The notes below the pieces were generated by a model. That model was not told where the DNA came from. It saw nothing but the letters and a program-made list of their open reading frames with translations, and did not search any database. Source: a virus. Taken from it: DNA of 39,970 nt. A program made the translations under genes and the position numbers. Where the stretch lies: UHGV virus genome UHGV-0404708, one strand, 5' to 3'. Below are positions 26,502 through 33,993 of this stretch, piece after piece; the first letter of the stretch is position 1; each line of letters starts with the position of its first letter.

Positions 26502-26528
26502 AATTATGCGTATCTGGTTTGATGTCAA
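26502..26528 (-). promoter_or_regulatory. leftward early promoter (PL-like)
   Basis: Minus sense -35 TTGACA (26523-26528), 15-17-nt spacer, -10 ATAATT/TAATTA (26502-26508); flanked by two operators. Confidence 0.55.
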
Positions 26529-26547
26529 TAGATATGAGTTAAAAAAA

Positions 26548-26562
26548 TTACCCGTCAGGTAA
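26548..26562. promoter_or_regulatory. operator (OL-like), TTACC-N5-GGTAA
   Basis: TTACCCGTCAGGTAA exact; about 20 bp upstream of the -35. Confidence 0.6.
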
Positions 26563-26573
26563 TCAATCTGGCA

Positions 26574-26598
26574 ATAAAAAAGCCGCCAGAAGGCGGCT
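26574..26598 (-). terminator. rho-independent terminator after repressor gene
   Basis: Minus sense GCCGCC-TTCT-GGCGGC followed by TTTTTT. Confidence 0.7.
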
Positions 26599-26619
26599 TA
26601 CTTGCTGAAAACTATAGTT

Positions 26620-27204
26620 TTATTGTTTGCTTTTTTCGTTCTGGTTGATGACAAATTCAATGTAACTTTCGATCTTTGCTTTCTCGGTTTCGGGTAACAA
26701 TGCGTAGCGCGAGCGGTCATAGTTGATGGTCGCAGGGTCGTGCGGGTGAATCAGTAATTCATAGCCGTGACGCCCGAATGCGGATGCAACATTCTCCAGG
26801 GTGGAAATGGAAACGCTGACCTCATTGTTTAACAGGCGGCTGATTGTCACCTGGGCGACGCCGGATGCGCGGTGAAGTTTTCCCTGCGTTGAAAGGTCGC
26901 GGCTTTCGCTCATCCAGCGTTCCAGGTTGTGAGCCGCCAGCTGACCAATGTCGCTTGGGCCGACAGGCTGAAAACCTTCCTGAGAAAGCGAGCGATCGAT
27001 ATCAAGCCAGTTACGGGGTTTATTGGCGGCAGCTTCAATTTTTCGTGCAACCTGGTCGCCGATAACCTTCTTGCCAAGAGCCCAGCGGTTTACCAGATTT
27101 GCCTGAGTTCCAAGTTTTTCTGCCATCCGCGTCTGAACACCATTGAATTCACGGTCGATCAAGTCGTTGAGATTTTGCCTGCGGACGTCCTGGATACTTT
27201 TCAT
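26620..27204 (-). CDS. immunity repressor with two HTH-type segments, no autopeptidase domain
   Basis: 194 aa; HTH-like segments near aa 24-46 and 120-155; divergent from Cro-like gene across operator region; no Ala-Gly...Ser...Lys LexA-type cleavage module. Confidence 0.7.
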   Translation of the reverse strand: MKSIQDVRRQNLNDLIDREFNGVQTRMAEKLGTQANLVNRWALGKKVIGDQVARKIEAAANKPRNWLDIDRSLSQEGFQPVGPSDIGQLAAHNLERWMSESRDLSTQGKLHRASGVAQVTISRLLNNEVSVSISTLENVASAFGRHGYELLIHPHDPATINYDRSRYALLPETEKAKIESYIEFVINQNEKSKQ

Positions 27205-27259
27205 TTTCTGGAAAATCGCCTCATATATGAATCAGTAGATGATTCAATTTAAAGCAATA

Positions 27260-27274
27260 TTACCCAACAGGTAA
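27260..27274. promoter_or_regulatory. operator O1 (OR-like)
   Basis: TTACCCAACAGGTAA exact. Confidence 0.6.
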
Positions 27275-27276
27275 AT

Positions 27277-27291
27277 GCACCTCATGGGTAA
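27277..27291. promoter_or_regulatory. operator O2 (OR-like, one mismatch)
   Basis: GCACCTCATGGGTAA; centre 17 bp from O1. Confidence 0.5.
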
Positions 27292-27307
27292 CTATTCTTG
27301 ATTTTTG

Positions 27308-27322
27308 TTACCTTATGGGTGA
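27308..27322. promoter_or_regulatory. operator O3 (OR-like, one mismatch)
   Basis: TTACCTTATGGGTGA; in spacer of the predicted rightward promoter (-35 TTGTTA 27305-27310, -10 TATTAT 27328-27333). Confidence 0.5.
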
Positions 27323-27358
27323 ATATTTATTATCTGAAATAAATATCAGGCAATAGCT

Positions 27359-27589
27359 ATGAGCGATAACGGACATTTCGATTTCAAAAAGCACTGGCTT
27401 GCACTTACTCCGGATGAGCGTGAAGCCTTCGCACAGGAAGCCGGAACGACGAGTCACTATATCCAGACTCACTTAACAGGTAAGCGCAAAATGCCAGGTA
27501 AAGTATTGATGAATGGGCTTTTTAAAGCCTGTAAAACAAGACAATGGCTGCGCTCAAAAGCAGAACTGGCATACTTCTTCTACTCATGA
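27359..27589 (+). CDS. Cro/YdaS-like small DNA-binding protein
   Basis: 76 aa, divergent from repressor across tripartite operator; followed by terminator. Confidence 0.6.
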   Translation: MSDNGHFDFKKHWLALTPDEREAFAQEAGTTSHYIQTHLTGKRKMPGKVLMNGLFKACKTRQWLRSKAELAYFFYS

Positions 27590-27610
27590 TATCCAGCTAC
27601 AACCCTCTGT

Positions 27611-27634
27611 AGACCGCCACCCGGCGGTCTTTTC
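27611..27634 (+). terminator. rho-independent terminator (tR1-like)
   Basis: AGACCGCC-ACCC-GGCGGTCT followed by TTTT. Confidence 0.7.
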
Positions 27635-27644
27635 ATATCTATTC

Positions 27645-27659
27645 GTACCTCAAAGGTAA
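27645..27659. promoter_or_regulatory. operator-like palindrome (one mismatch)
   Basis: GTACCTCAAAGGTAA just after the terminator. Confidence 0.4.
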
Positions 27660-27739
27660 TAAAAAACCAAATCTGGTTGATCTTTTTTTTGTGTCAGCAC
27701 AAAATGACCGTAATCCCAATACTAATAACAGGGCTTACC

Positions 27740-27940
27740 ATGGAAATCATTACACGTATTGATGCCGCAAAGCGCGGACTTAAACGCTACTACACCGGAA
27801 AACCATGTAAGCATGGACATGACAGTGAACGCTGGGTTTACAACGGACACTGTGTTGAGTGCACCATGGAATCAAACCGTCGCATCAGGGCAGAGATTAA
27901 GCAGATCATGATTAATTCCTCCCCACAACACTCAAGCTGA
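27740..27940 (+). CDS. small Cys/His-rich protein (possible zinc-binding regulator)
   Basis: Track ORF 27677..27940 (TTG); ATG 27740; CKHGH...CVEC cluster. Confidence 0.45.
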   Translation: MEIITRIDAAKRGLKRYYTGKPCKHGHDSERWVYNGHCVECTMESNRRIRAEIKQIMINSSPQHSS

Positions 27941-27955
27941 TAGCGGAGATTAATC

Positions 27956-28789
27956 ATGAGCAGACATGCAACAGATTGGGCCTGGGAGACAGATCCAGGT
28001 AGCTCATCATTAAAGCTCATACTGCTCTCGATGGCTGACAGAGCCGATGAATATAACCTCTGCTACCCCAGCATAGAACGCCTCGTTAAAGACACTTGCC
28101 TGAATAAAAAAACCGTGCAGGCCGGGCTTATATCGCTCATGAAAATGGGGCTTATTTCAGATACCGGAGAGAGAAAGGGAGCGACAAAAAGAGTGCGGGT
28201 TTTCTCTCTTAATATAACCAAAAACGGGAACATTAAAGGCAACCTGGAGGGGGGCAATGAACCCGAAAACGGTAATGTTACCGAAAACGGGAATATACCC
28301 AAAAACGGGATGTTGAATGATCCCAAAAACGGGATGTTGAATGATCCCAAAAACGGGATCCAGAACCAGTCATATAACCAGTCATTTAACCAAGAGAGGG
28401 AGAGCAGGACAAAAACCGGGGATTCTGTTCCTCATGACCCCGGCGCAAACAACGCCGTGATGAATAACTTTGTTCCTCCTGGTTGGCCAGGGCAATTAGG
28501 CAAATTTGTCATGCATGAACAATGGCAGCCATCAGATGACTTTCTTCGGAAAAGCTCATTGCAGGGAATCTACCTGGACAGTCTGCCAACGGCACAGGAA
28601 CTTGCAGAGTTCAGAATTTACTGGATGGCTGAGGGTAAGGCATACCATCAGGCACAGTGGGAGCAGAAGCTGGCAAGGCGCATCCAGTTCTGTAGACAGA
28701 AATCAGGTGAAGTCAGAAAGAGCCTTGACTGGCATAACACTGACTGGATAGATGAGGTGTGGGATGAAATCAACTCCAGAACTTCTTAA
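27956..28789 (+). CDS. replication initiator/replisome organizer (O-like) with internal iteron-encoded repeats
   Basis: 277 aa; N-terminal HTH-like region; central tandem PKNGMLND repeats; C-terminal F..WQP-type segment; directly precedes P-like gene. Confidence 0.6.
   Translation: MSRHATDWAWETDPGSSSLKLILLSMADRADEYNLCYPSIERLVKDTCLNKKTVQAGLISLMKMGLISDTGERKGATKRVRVFSLNITKNGNIKGNLEGGNEPENGNVTENGNIPKNGMLNDPKNGMLNDPKNGIQNQSYNQSFNQERESRTKTGDSVPHDPGANNAVMNNFVPPGWPGQLGKFVMHEQWQPSDDFLRKSSLQGIYLDSLPTAQELAEFRIYWMAEGKAYHQAQWEQKLARRIQFCRQKSGEVRKSLDWHNTDWIDEVWDEINSRTS
28217..28360. repeat. iteron array (candidate origin of replication) inside initiator gene
   Basis: Six copies of AAAACGG(G/T) core starting 28221, 28266, 28284, 28302, 28326, 28350 (spacings 45, 18, 18, 24, 24), two forming an exact 24-bp tandem. 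Confidence 0.55.
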
Positions 28790-29546
28790 TGAGTACGATC
28801 GCTTTCGTGGTGGGCATGACCACTCGACGGCGGTTGCTTCTGCTGACGATGAAAGGGCAAAGAAGGAGCAGGTTGCAAGAATTTTCAACGAAATGTTTGT
28901 CCAGTTACAGGCTGCATTTCCAGGCAGCATCGCTGCTATCAGCGAGCAAGGAAAGCTAAACGAATTTCGAAAACAATGGATTCTTGCGTTTCTGGAGAAT
29001 GGGATCACAACAATGGAACAGGTTAACGCTGGTATGCGCCACGCCCGCGCCAGTGAATCTCCGTTCTGGCCGTCGCCAGGGCAATTCATCAAGTGGTGTA
29101 AAGACAGCAAGATGGTTCTTGGCGTCACCATTGACGATGTGATGGCGGAGTTTCACCGGTACAGCAAGGAAAAAAGTTTATATCCTGGTGGTCCAGAAAG
29201 ATTCCCGTGGCGACATCCGGTTATGTACTGGGTTGTATGTGATACCCGCCGCGCAATGTATCAGCGCCAGCTTAGCGAGATTGAGGTTGAGAAACACGCG
29301 CGCAGGCTGCTCGATGATTGGGCTAAAAAGGTGGCTTCCGGACAGCAGATACCCGATCCGGTGATCAGCATACAGGCAAAGCCAGAGCCCATGAGTACAC
29401 CTCCGGACACAGGGAGAGACGTTTACCATCCACCAGGGCGAAGTTTCGGGTGCATGCCTAACGCCGCCACCCTCGGGGGAATAACACCGGCGCAGTGGCT
29501 GATGGAGGAATACAGGCGGGGAAAGGCGGCAGGATTTATCAAGTAA
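28764..29546 (+). CDS. replication protein P-like (helicase loader)
   Basis: Track ORF 28752..29546; ATG 28764; central block WILAFLENGITTMEQVNAGMRHAR...SPGQFIKWC closely matches the lambda P pattern as I recall it. Confidence 0.75.
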   Translation: MKSTPELLNEYDRFRGGHDHSTAVASADDERAKKEQVARIFNEMFVQLQAAFPGSIAAISEQGKLNEFRKQWILAFLENGITTMEQVNAGMRHARASESPFWPSPGQFIKWCKDSKMVLGVTIDDVMAEFHRYSKEKSLYPGGPERFPWRHPVMYWVVCDTRRAMYQRQLSEIEVEKHARRLLDDWAKKVASGQQIPDPVISIQAKPEPMSTPPDTGRDVYHPPGRSFGCMPNAATLGGITPAQWLMEEYRRGKAAGFIK

Positions 29547-29583
29547 TACCAGCGCGATAGCGCATTTTTTTACGCCTCAACAA

Positions 29584-29598
29584 TTACCTATAAGGTAA
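29584..29598. promoter_or_regulatory. operator-like palindrome
   Basis: TTACCTATAAGGTAA exact. Confidence 0.5.
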
Positions 29599-29645
29599 CA
29601 AAATATTCTAAACTCTATTGATTTCGTGTCTTATGTGGTTTTTAA

Positions 29646-29660
29646 TTACCTTAGAGGTAA
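29646..29660. promoter_or_regulatory. operator-like palindrome overlapping the SD of 29664..30008
   Basis: TTACCTTAGAGGTAA exact; right half-site doubles as GAGGT Shine-Dalgarno 3 nt before ATG. Confidence 0.45.
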
Positions 29661-29663
29661 ATC

Positions 29664-30008
29664 ATGAGAAAACAGATACAGGCTCTTGGTCGACTCAAAA
29701 CAGGCCAGATGAACAAAACAGAATCTGCGTATTGCCAGCACCTTGAGCTGCGTAAACGTGCAGGGGAAATCGCCTGGTATCGATTCGAGGGTATCAAGCT
29801 GCGGTTGGCTGACAACACGTTCTATACGCCCGATTTCGCTGTGATGCTCGCCACCGGCGAGATGGAACTGCACGAAGTGAAAGGTTTCTGGACCGACGAC
29901 GCCAGGGTGAAAACCAAAGTCGCAGCAGACCAGTACCCGTTTCGCATCATCGGGGTAACGGTTAAGACAAAGAAAGCGGGTGGTGGGTGGAGCATCGAAG
30001 AGTTCTGA
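29664..30008 (+). CDS. DUF1064-like small nuclease-fold protein
   Basis: 114 aa; YRFEGIKLRL...FYTPDF...HEVKG pattern as in lambdoid DUF1064 proteins. Confidence 0.55.
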   Translation: MRKQIQALGRLKTGQMNKTESAYCQHLELRKRAGEIAWYRFEGIKLRLADNTFYTPDFAVMLATGEMELHEVKGFWTDDARVKTKVAADQYPFRIIGVTVKTKKAGGGWSIEEF

Positions 30009-30069
30009 ATCGACGATCTTTTTAGTTATCAATGTAATCAATAAGTTATGTGGATAAGCGAGGGTAAAG

Positions 30070-30630
30070 ATGGAAAGTAATATCAAAGGGTTAGTTGCCG
30101 CCGGGTATGAGATGGCTTCGGAACTGAAAGCAGAATGTGGTGCCGTTGATATGCGTAGTGTGGCAAAGCTGATCAGCGATTTGGCAACGCAACTGGAAGT
30201 GCAACTGGTGCGTGCTAATGCGCTGGCAGAAGACCACCAGAAAGCGATTGAGTCAATTAAGCAGGCTGATGCAGCTGTTAAGTTGGCACACGAGAAGTTT
30301 TCGACGCTGGCGGCGGAGAATGCAGCCCTGAAAGAATCTGAGCGAGCATTCGATGAGATGTGTGCCGAGGAACACGGAGATAATTGGGTTAGCGAATTAA
30401 CGGAGACTCCAGCCACCGACGCTTTCCTGGCTGAAGTACGGGCGCAGGGGGTGGATGCTGCTATAGACGCTGCAAAAAATCTGGTGGCTCAGGAATATGA
30501 GTATAAGGATTTCAAAGCGGCGCAGAGTGATTGCTGTATGTTTCCTGGTTCAGACCTGGTAGGGAAGGTTGAAATGACCGAGTGGTTAGTTGACTTTGCC
30601 GCAGAGCTTCGCAAAGGAGGCAACCAGTGA
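30070..30630 (+). CDS. hypothetical protein (coiled-coil, ea/nin-type accessory)
   Basis: 186-aa ORF with SD GAGGG; stop overlaps next start. Confidence 0.55.
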   Translation: MESNIKGLVAAGYEMASELKAECGAVDMRSVAKLISDLATQLEVQLVRANALAEDHQKAIESIKQADAAVKLAHEKFSTLAAENAALKESERAFDEMCAEEHGDNWVSELTETPATDAFLAEVRAQGVDAAIDAAKNLVAQEYEYKDFKAAQSDCCMFPGSDLVGKVEMTEWLVDFAAELRKGGNQ

Positions 30631-31259
30631 ACAAGATTGACTATCAGGCACTGCGTGAGGCGGCAGAGCGTGCAATTCCGGCAATGGAACGCCTGTTAAT
30701 GTTGCCAGTTGATGATGATCTGATAAGCGAGCAGGAACTTAAAGATAGCGGTGTTGATATTGATGCGCTCAACGCCTTCAAAATTCTGGCCGGACCAGAA
30801 ACCGTGCTGGCGCTACTGGATGAACGGGAAAGAAACCAGCAATACATCAAATCTCGCGACCAGGAGAACGATGATATTGCGCTAACGGTAGGGAAGCTGT
30901 TAATCGAAAACGGTCAGCTTGTTGCCGATACGCTACGCCACTTAGCTGATAACGAAATCGACTCTGATTATTTTGCTATCACCTCAACTAATGAGAACGG
31001 TACTGAAATTGATCATGAGATGTCTATTACCGATTACGCACTGCAAGCTGCCGGAACTGTAGACGAATTGGTTGCGGCGCTGGAATCCGCAGAGAAGCGC
31101 ATTGCAGAACTGGAAGCGCGGGAAATACTGCTCCCGGTACGTAGCAGCATGCTTCATCGAACAGATTTTCACGATGATTACCAAACGGTAATGGCATACA
31201 AAGTTTCTGAAGTCATCGATGCAATCCGCGCTACTGGCATTCGCATCAAAGGAGAGTGA
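30627..31259 (+). CDS. hypothetical protein ending in junction motif GIRIKGE
   Basis: 210 aa; C-terminus encoded by repeated junction sequence. Confidence 0.55.
   Translation: MNKIDYQALREAAERAIPAMERLLMLPVDDDLISEQELKDSGVDIDALNAFKILAGPETVLALLDERERNQQYIKSRDQENDDIALTVGKLLIENGQLVADTLRHLADNEIDSDYFAITSTNENGTEIDHEMSITDYALQAAGTVDELVAALESAEKRIAELEAREILLPVRSSMLHRTDFHDDYQTVMAYKVSEVIDAIRATGIRIKGE
31236..31259. repeat. module-junction repeat, copy 1
   Basis: GGCATTCGCATCAAAGGAGAGTGA: last codons plus stop of upstream gene and SD of next. Confidence 0.8.
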
Positions 31260-31264
31260 GTGAT

Positions 31265-31462
31265 ATGGATAAAAACACCACTGCTTACTGGAATCTGTCA
31301 CTTGATACCGAATGCCCCAAATGTGGTCACAATTTCGATCTGCTCTGTGATGCTGATTTCTGGGAGTTTTCTGGAGCAAAACAGGCATGTGAAGAAATAA
31401 AAGGTTACGAAACATGCTGCCCAGAATGTAACCATGAATTTAAAACAGATTTTGTGTATTGA
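31265..31462 (+). CDS. small zinc-ribbon protein
   Basis: Track ORF 31256..31462 (GTG); ATG 31265; two CxxC pairs (CPKCGH...CCPECNH). Confidence 0.5.
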   Translation: MDKNTTAYWNLSLDTECPKCGHNFDLLCDADFWEFSGAKQACEEIKGYETCCPECNHEFKTDFVY

Positions 31463-31472
31463 GGCATAACGA

Positions 31473-31943
31473 ATGACCACTTTTACTAAAGAACAATTAA
31501 TTGATCATATTAATGATCGCAAAGATGTCCGTCAGAGAATGTTGGAAACTGCGACGATTTCTTCTGGATTCAGAGAATATCTTGAAAGAGAGCTTGCTAC
31601 CGATCAGATTGCCCTAGCTTCGCTGGAAGCAGAACCGATGGCATGGCGATATCGCTACGTGAAAAAAAGCATTACGGACTCACAGGGGGAGCCGTGGGTT
31701 GGTGACTGGAAATATGTACCGACAAAAGAGGATTGCAACGACAGACCGAACTATGAAATTCAGGCGTTATTCACTGCCCCGCCTGTGCCACTGACACCAG
31801 AAGGATTGATTAAAGCAGTGCGCTTCTATGAACAGGTTAAGCGTGAAAATCCGCCAGTCGAAACCGGAGTATGGAAAGACGCTGTTGACTGGGTGCTCAA
31901 AGAGGCTTGCCAGGCTGTAAACATTGGCATCAAAGGAGAGTGA
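31473..31943 (+). CDS. hypothetical protein, N-terminal paralog of 32592..33176
   Basis: 156 aa; shares MTT(F/I)TK start and IALASLEA(E/K)P motif with 32592..33176; ends in junction motif. Confidence 0.55.
   Translation: MTTFTKEQLIDHINDRKDVRQRMLETATISSGFREYLERELATDQIALASLEAEPMAWRYRYVKKSITDSQGEPWVGDWKYVPTKEDCNDRPNYEIQALFTAPPVPLTPEGLIKAVRFYEQVKRENPPVETGVWKDAVDWVLKEACQAVNIGIKGE
31922..31943. repeat. module-junction repeat, copy 2
   Basis: CATTGGCATCAAAGGAGAGTGA, 21/22 identical to copies 1 and 3. Confidence 0.8.
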
Positions 31944-31945
31944 GA

Positions 31946-32437
31946 GTGCAGATTTCACCGGTTACTCTTCGTGTTGCGAAGGCGTTTATATCCAGACATC
32001 ACCGACACAATAAACCCCCGGTGGGGCATAAATTCAGCATTGGTCTGAGAAATGATGCCGGAGAATTGATAGGTGTGGCGACAGCCGGTAGACCTGTTGC
32101 ACGACATTTGGACGATGGATTAACGCTTGAAGTAAATCGCACATGTACCACAGGAGAACGCAACGCTAACAGCGCGCTTTATGGTGCTGTCTGGCGGGCA
32201 GCAAAAGCTATGGGTTATCAACGTTGTATTACGTACACCCAGGCAGATGAATCAGGAGCATCTCTTCGCGCAGCTGGTTTTGTTCGTGTGAAAGAGCTTC
32301 CTCCAAGAAAAAGCTGGGCGGAATCAAGCGTCGCCTTGCGGAGTAAACGCGATCCGGTCGGAAACGGTGGTGTTCCTCGTGTGCTCTGGGAAATCAGGAG
32401 AATGAGTACCACTGGCATTCGCATCAAAGGAGAGTGA
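31946..32437 (+). CDS. hypothetical protein (possible acyltransferase-like), ends in junction motif
   Basis: Track ORF 31907..32437 overlaps upstream gene; GTG 31946 just after the upstream stop with junction SD 7 nt before. Confidence 0.5.
   Translation: MQISPVTLRVAKAFISRHHRHNKPPVGHKFSIGLRNDAGELIGVATAGRPVARHLDDGLTLEVNRTCTTGERNANSALYGAVWRAAKAMGYQRCITYTQADESGASLRAAGFVRVKELPPRKSWAESSVALRSKRDPVGNGGVPRVLWEIRRMSTTGIRIKGE
32414..32437. repeat. module-junction repeat, copy 3
   Basis: GGCATTCGCATCAAAGGAGAGTGA identical to copy 1. Confidence 0.8.
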
Positions 32438-32438
32438 T

Positions 32439-32588
32439 ATGGCTAAGTACATCGTGACTATCGAAGGATTTAATGATTGCAAGGTTGTTGAGTTTGAAGC
32501 AGACACGCCAGAGGATGCCGAAGAAATAGGCAGAGACATATTCTATGAAGAATGCAACTACGGCGTATCACCTGCTACAGAGGACTAA
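32439..32588 (+). CDS. small hypothetical protein (49 aa)
   Basis: Not in track; ATG 32439 with junction-repeat SD GGAGAG 6 nt upstream; translation MAKYIVTIEGFNDCKVVEF... Confidence 0.4.
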   Translation: MAKYIVTIEGFNDCKVVEFEADTPEDAEEIGRDIFYEECNYGVSPATED

Positions 32589-32591
32589 CAC

Positions 32592-33176
32592 ATGACCACT
32601 ATTACCAAAGGGCGACTGCTGACAATCAAGCAGTGGCGCGAAACATACGGACCGGGTAGCAACGTTGTACTGCCAGCAGAAGAAGCGGAAGAACTGGCAC
32701 GAATTGCTCTGGCATCGCTCGAAGCAAAACCAATAGGTGCATTCCACATTGCAGAACAGCAAGTTGACGGCACAAGTGACTACCTCAAGGATGGAGAATG
32801 GCCTATTGATAATGGGACAATTGAAGTATACGCCGCCCCTCCAGTGCCAGTAGTACCGGAAGAAAAACCAATGCCTAATCCTCTTAGCATGTACGCGGTT
32901 GATGCTGTTGCCGCTATTGCAGAGGTGAGAGGCTGGAACGCCTGTCGTGCCGCTATGCTTCAGAGTCAAGGTAATTGCATTAAGGATGGTTGGATAAGCT
33001 GTAGTGAGCGAATGCCCGCTCAAGATGATTGGATTTTAATTTATTCAAAGCACGGTGAGTATATGGCAGGACAGGTGCAAGGGGAATACGTGGAGTTGAG
33101 CGATGGCACTTTATCGTGGTTAGGGAACGCCTTGTTCTGGATGCAGCTACCAGAACCGCCGCAGGAGGTGAAGTGA
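32592..33176 (+). CDS. hypothetical protein with DUF551-like C-terminal domain
   Basis: 194 aa; N-terminus paralogous to 31473..31943; C-terminus W..CSERMP...WMQLPEPP pattern. Confidence 0.55.
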   Translation: MTTITKGRLLTIKQWRETYGPGSNVVLPAEEAEELARIALASLEAKPIGAFHIAEQQVDGTSDYLKDGEWPIDNGTIEVYAAPPVPVVPEEKPMPNPLSMYAVDAVAAIAEVRGWNACRAAMLQSQGNCIKDGWISCSERMPAQDDWILIYSKHGEYMAGQVQGEYVELSDGTLSWLGNALFWMQLPEPPQEVK

Positions 33177-33544
33177 TGGACTATTCACAGTTAAGTGATT
33201 TTGAAATTAACAGAATGGTAGGAGACATAATTTTTAAAGGCCTTTGGGCGTGTAAACCGGAAACATCAGGGAATAACACCAACAAATGGTATTACGGAAA
33301 TACTGATACAACTTTTGAGCCATTAAACCCTTTACCTGACTACTGCAATGATCCGAGAGCTGCATGGCCTGTAATCGCAAAACATCAGATCAGCATATGT
33401 GCATACGAAAGAAATAATCATGGAATGAAGAATGAATATTGGTGGGAGGCGGATAGATTTTGTGAATTTATTACCATAGACAATAACCCACTACGCGCCG
33501 CCATGATTGTCTTTCTCATGATGCAGGAAAATCAGAATGGCTAA
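33176..33544 (+). CDS. hypothetical protein
   Basis: Track ORF 33116..33544; ATG 33176 overlaps upstream stop (TGATG). Confidence 0.5.
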   Translation: MDYSQLSDFEINRMVGDIIFKGLWACKPETSGNNTNKWYYGNTDTTFEPLNPLPDYCNDPRAAWPVIAKHQISICAYERNNHGMKNEYWWEADRFCEFITIDNNPLRAAMIVFLMMQENQNG

Positions 33545-33875
33545 ATCAGCAGCAGAGCGCAAAGCCGCTCAGAGAGCCAGACAAGCTGCATCTGGTGTGC
33601 GTAAGCTGGAGATTGTGCTTGATGCTCAGGAAATTGAAATGCTGGAGCGTAACTGTGCCACGCGTCGCCCCGGGCGTGCGCCTTACGAATTTGGTGAGTA
33701 TATAGCGTTACTGATCCGCCAGGATGATGCACGCGTGCACGGGCGTATAAAATCTATCAGCAGAAAACGTTGCGGTAAGTGTGGCGAGAGAGTTCCAGTT
33801 AATTCATGTCCGTGTAATGGTGACTCACAATGCTGGGTGACTAAAGGCTGGCATGAAACGAAATTAATAGTGTGA
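33537..33875 (+). CDS. Arg-rich, Cys-cluster protein (candidate late-gene regulator)
   Basis: 112 aa; basic N-terminus, C-terminal CGKCGERVPVNSCPCNG; last gene before terminase operon; stop codon inside GTGACATGTCAC palindrome. Confidence 0.45.
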   Translation: MAKSAAERKAAQRARQAASGVRKLEIVLDAQEIEMLERNCATRRPGRAPYEFGEYIALLIRQDDARVHGRIKSISRKRCGKCGERVPVNSCPCNGDSQCWVTKGWHETKLIV

Positions 33876-33883
33876 CATGTCAC
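33872..33883. repeat. GTGACATGTCAC palindrome, copy 2
   Basis: Perfect 12-bp palindrome containing the TGA stop of 33537..33875, same register as copy 1. Confidence 0.8.
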
Positions 33884-33924
33884 GAGTAGATTATGCATGA
33901 TGAATTTGATGGGTTTTGAATACT

Positions 33925-33950
33925 GCCGCCAACTATGGCGGCTTTATTTT
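33925..33950 (+). terminator. rho-independent terminator before terminase operon
   Basis: GCCGCC-AACTAT-GGCGGC followed by TTTATTTT. Confidence 0.7.
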
Positions 33951-33961
33951 GCATGGTACTA

Positions 33962-33976
33962 TTACCACAACGGTAA
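33962..33976. promoter_or_regulatory. operator-like palindrome upstream of terminase genes
   Basis: TTACCACAACGGTAA exact; a weaker copy TTACCACGGTGGTTA follows at 33980-33994. Confidence 0.5.
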
Positions 33977-33993
33977 CTATTACCACGGTGGTT

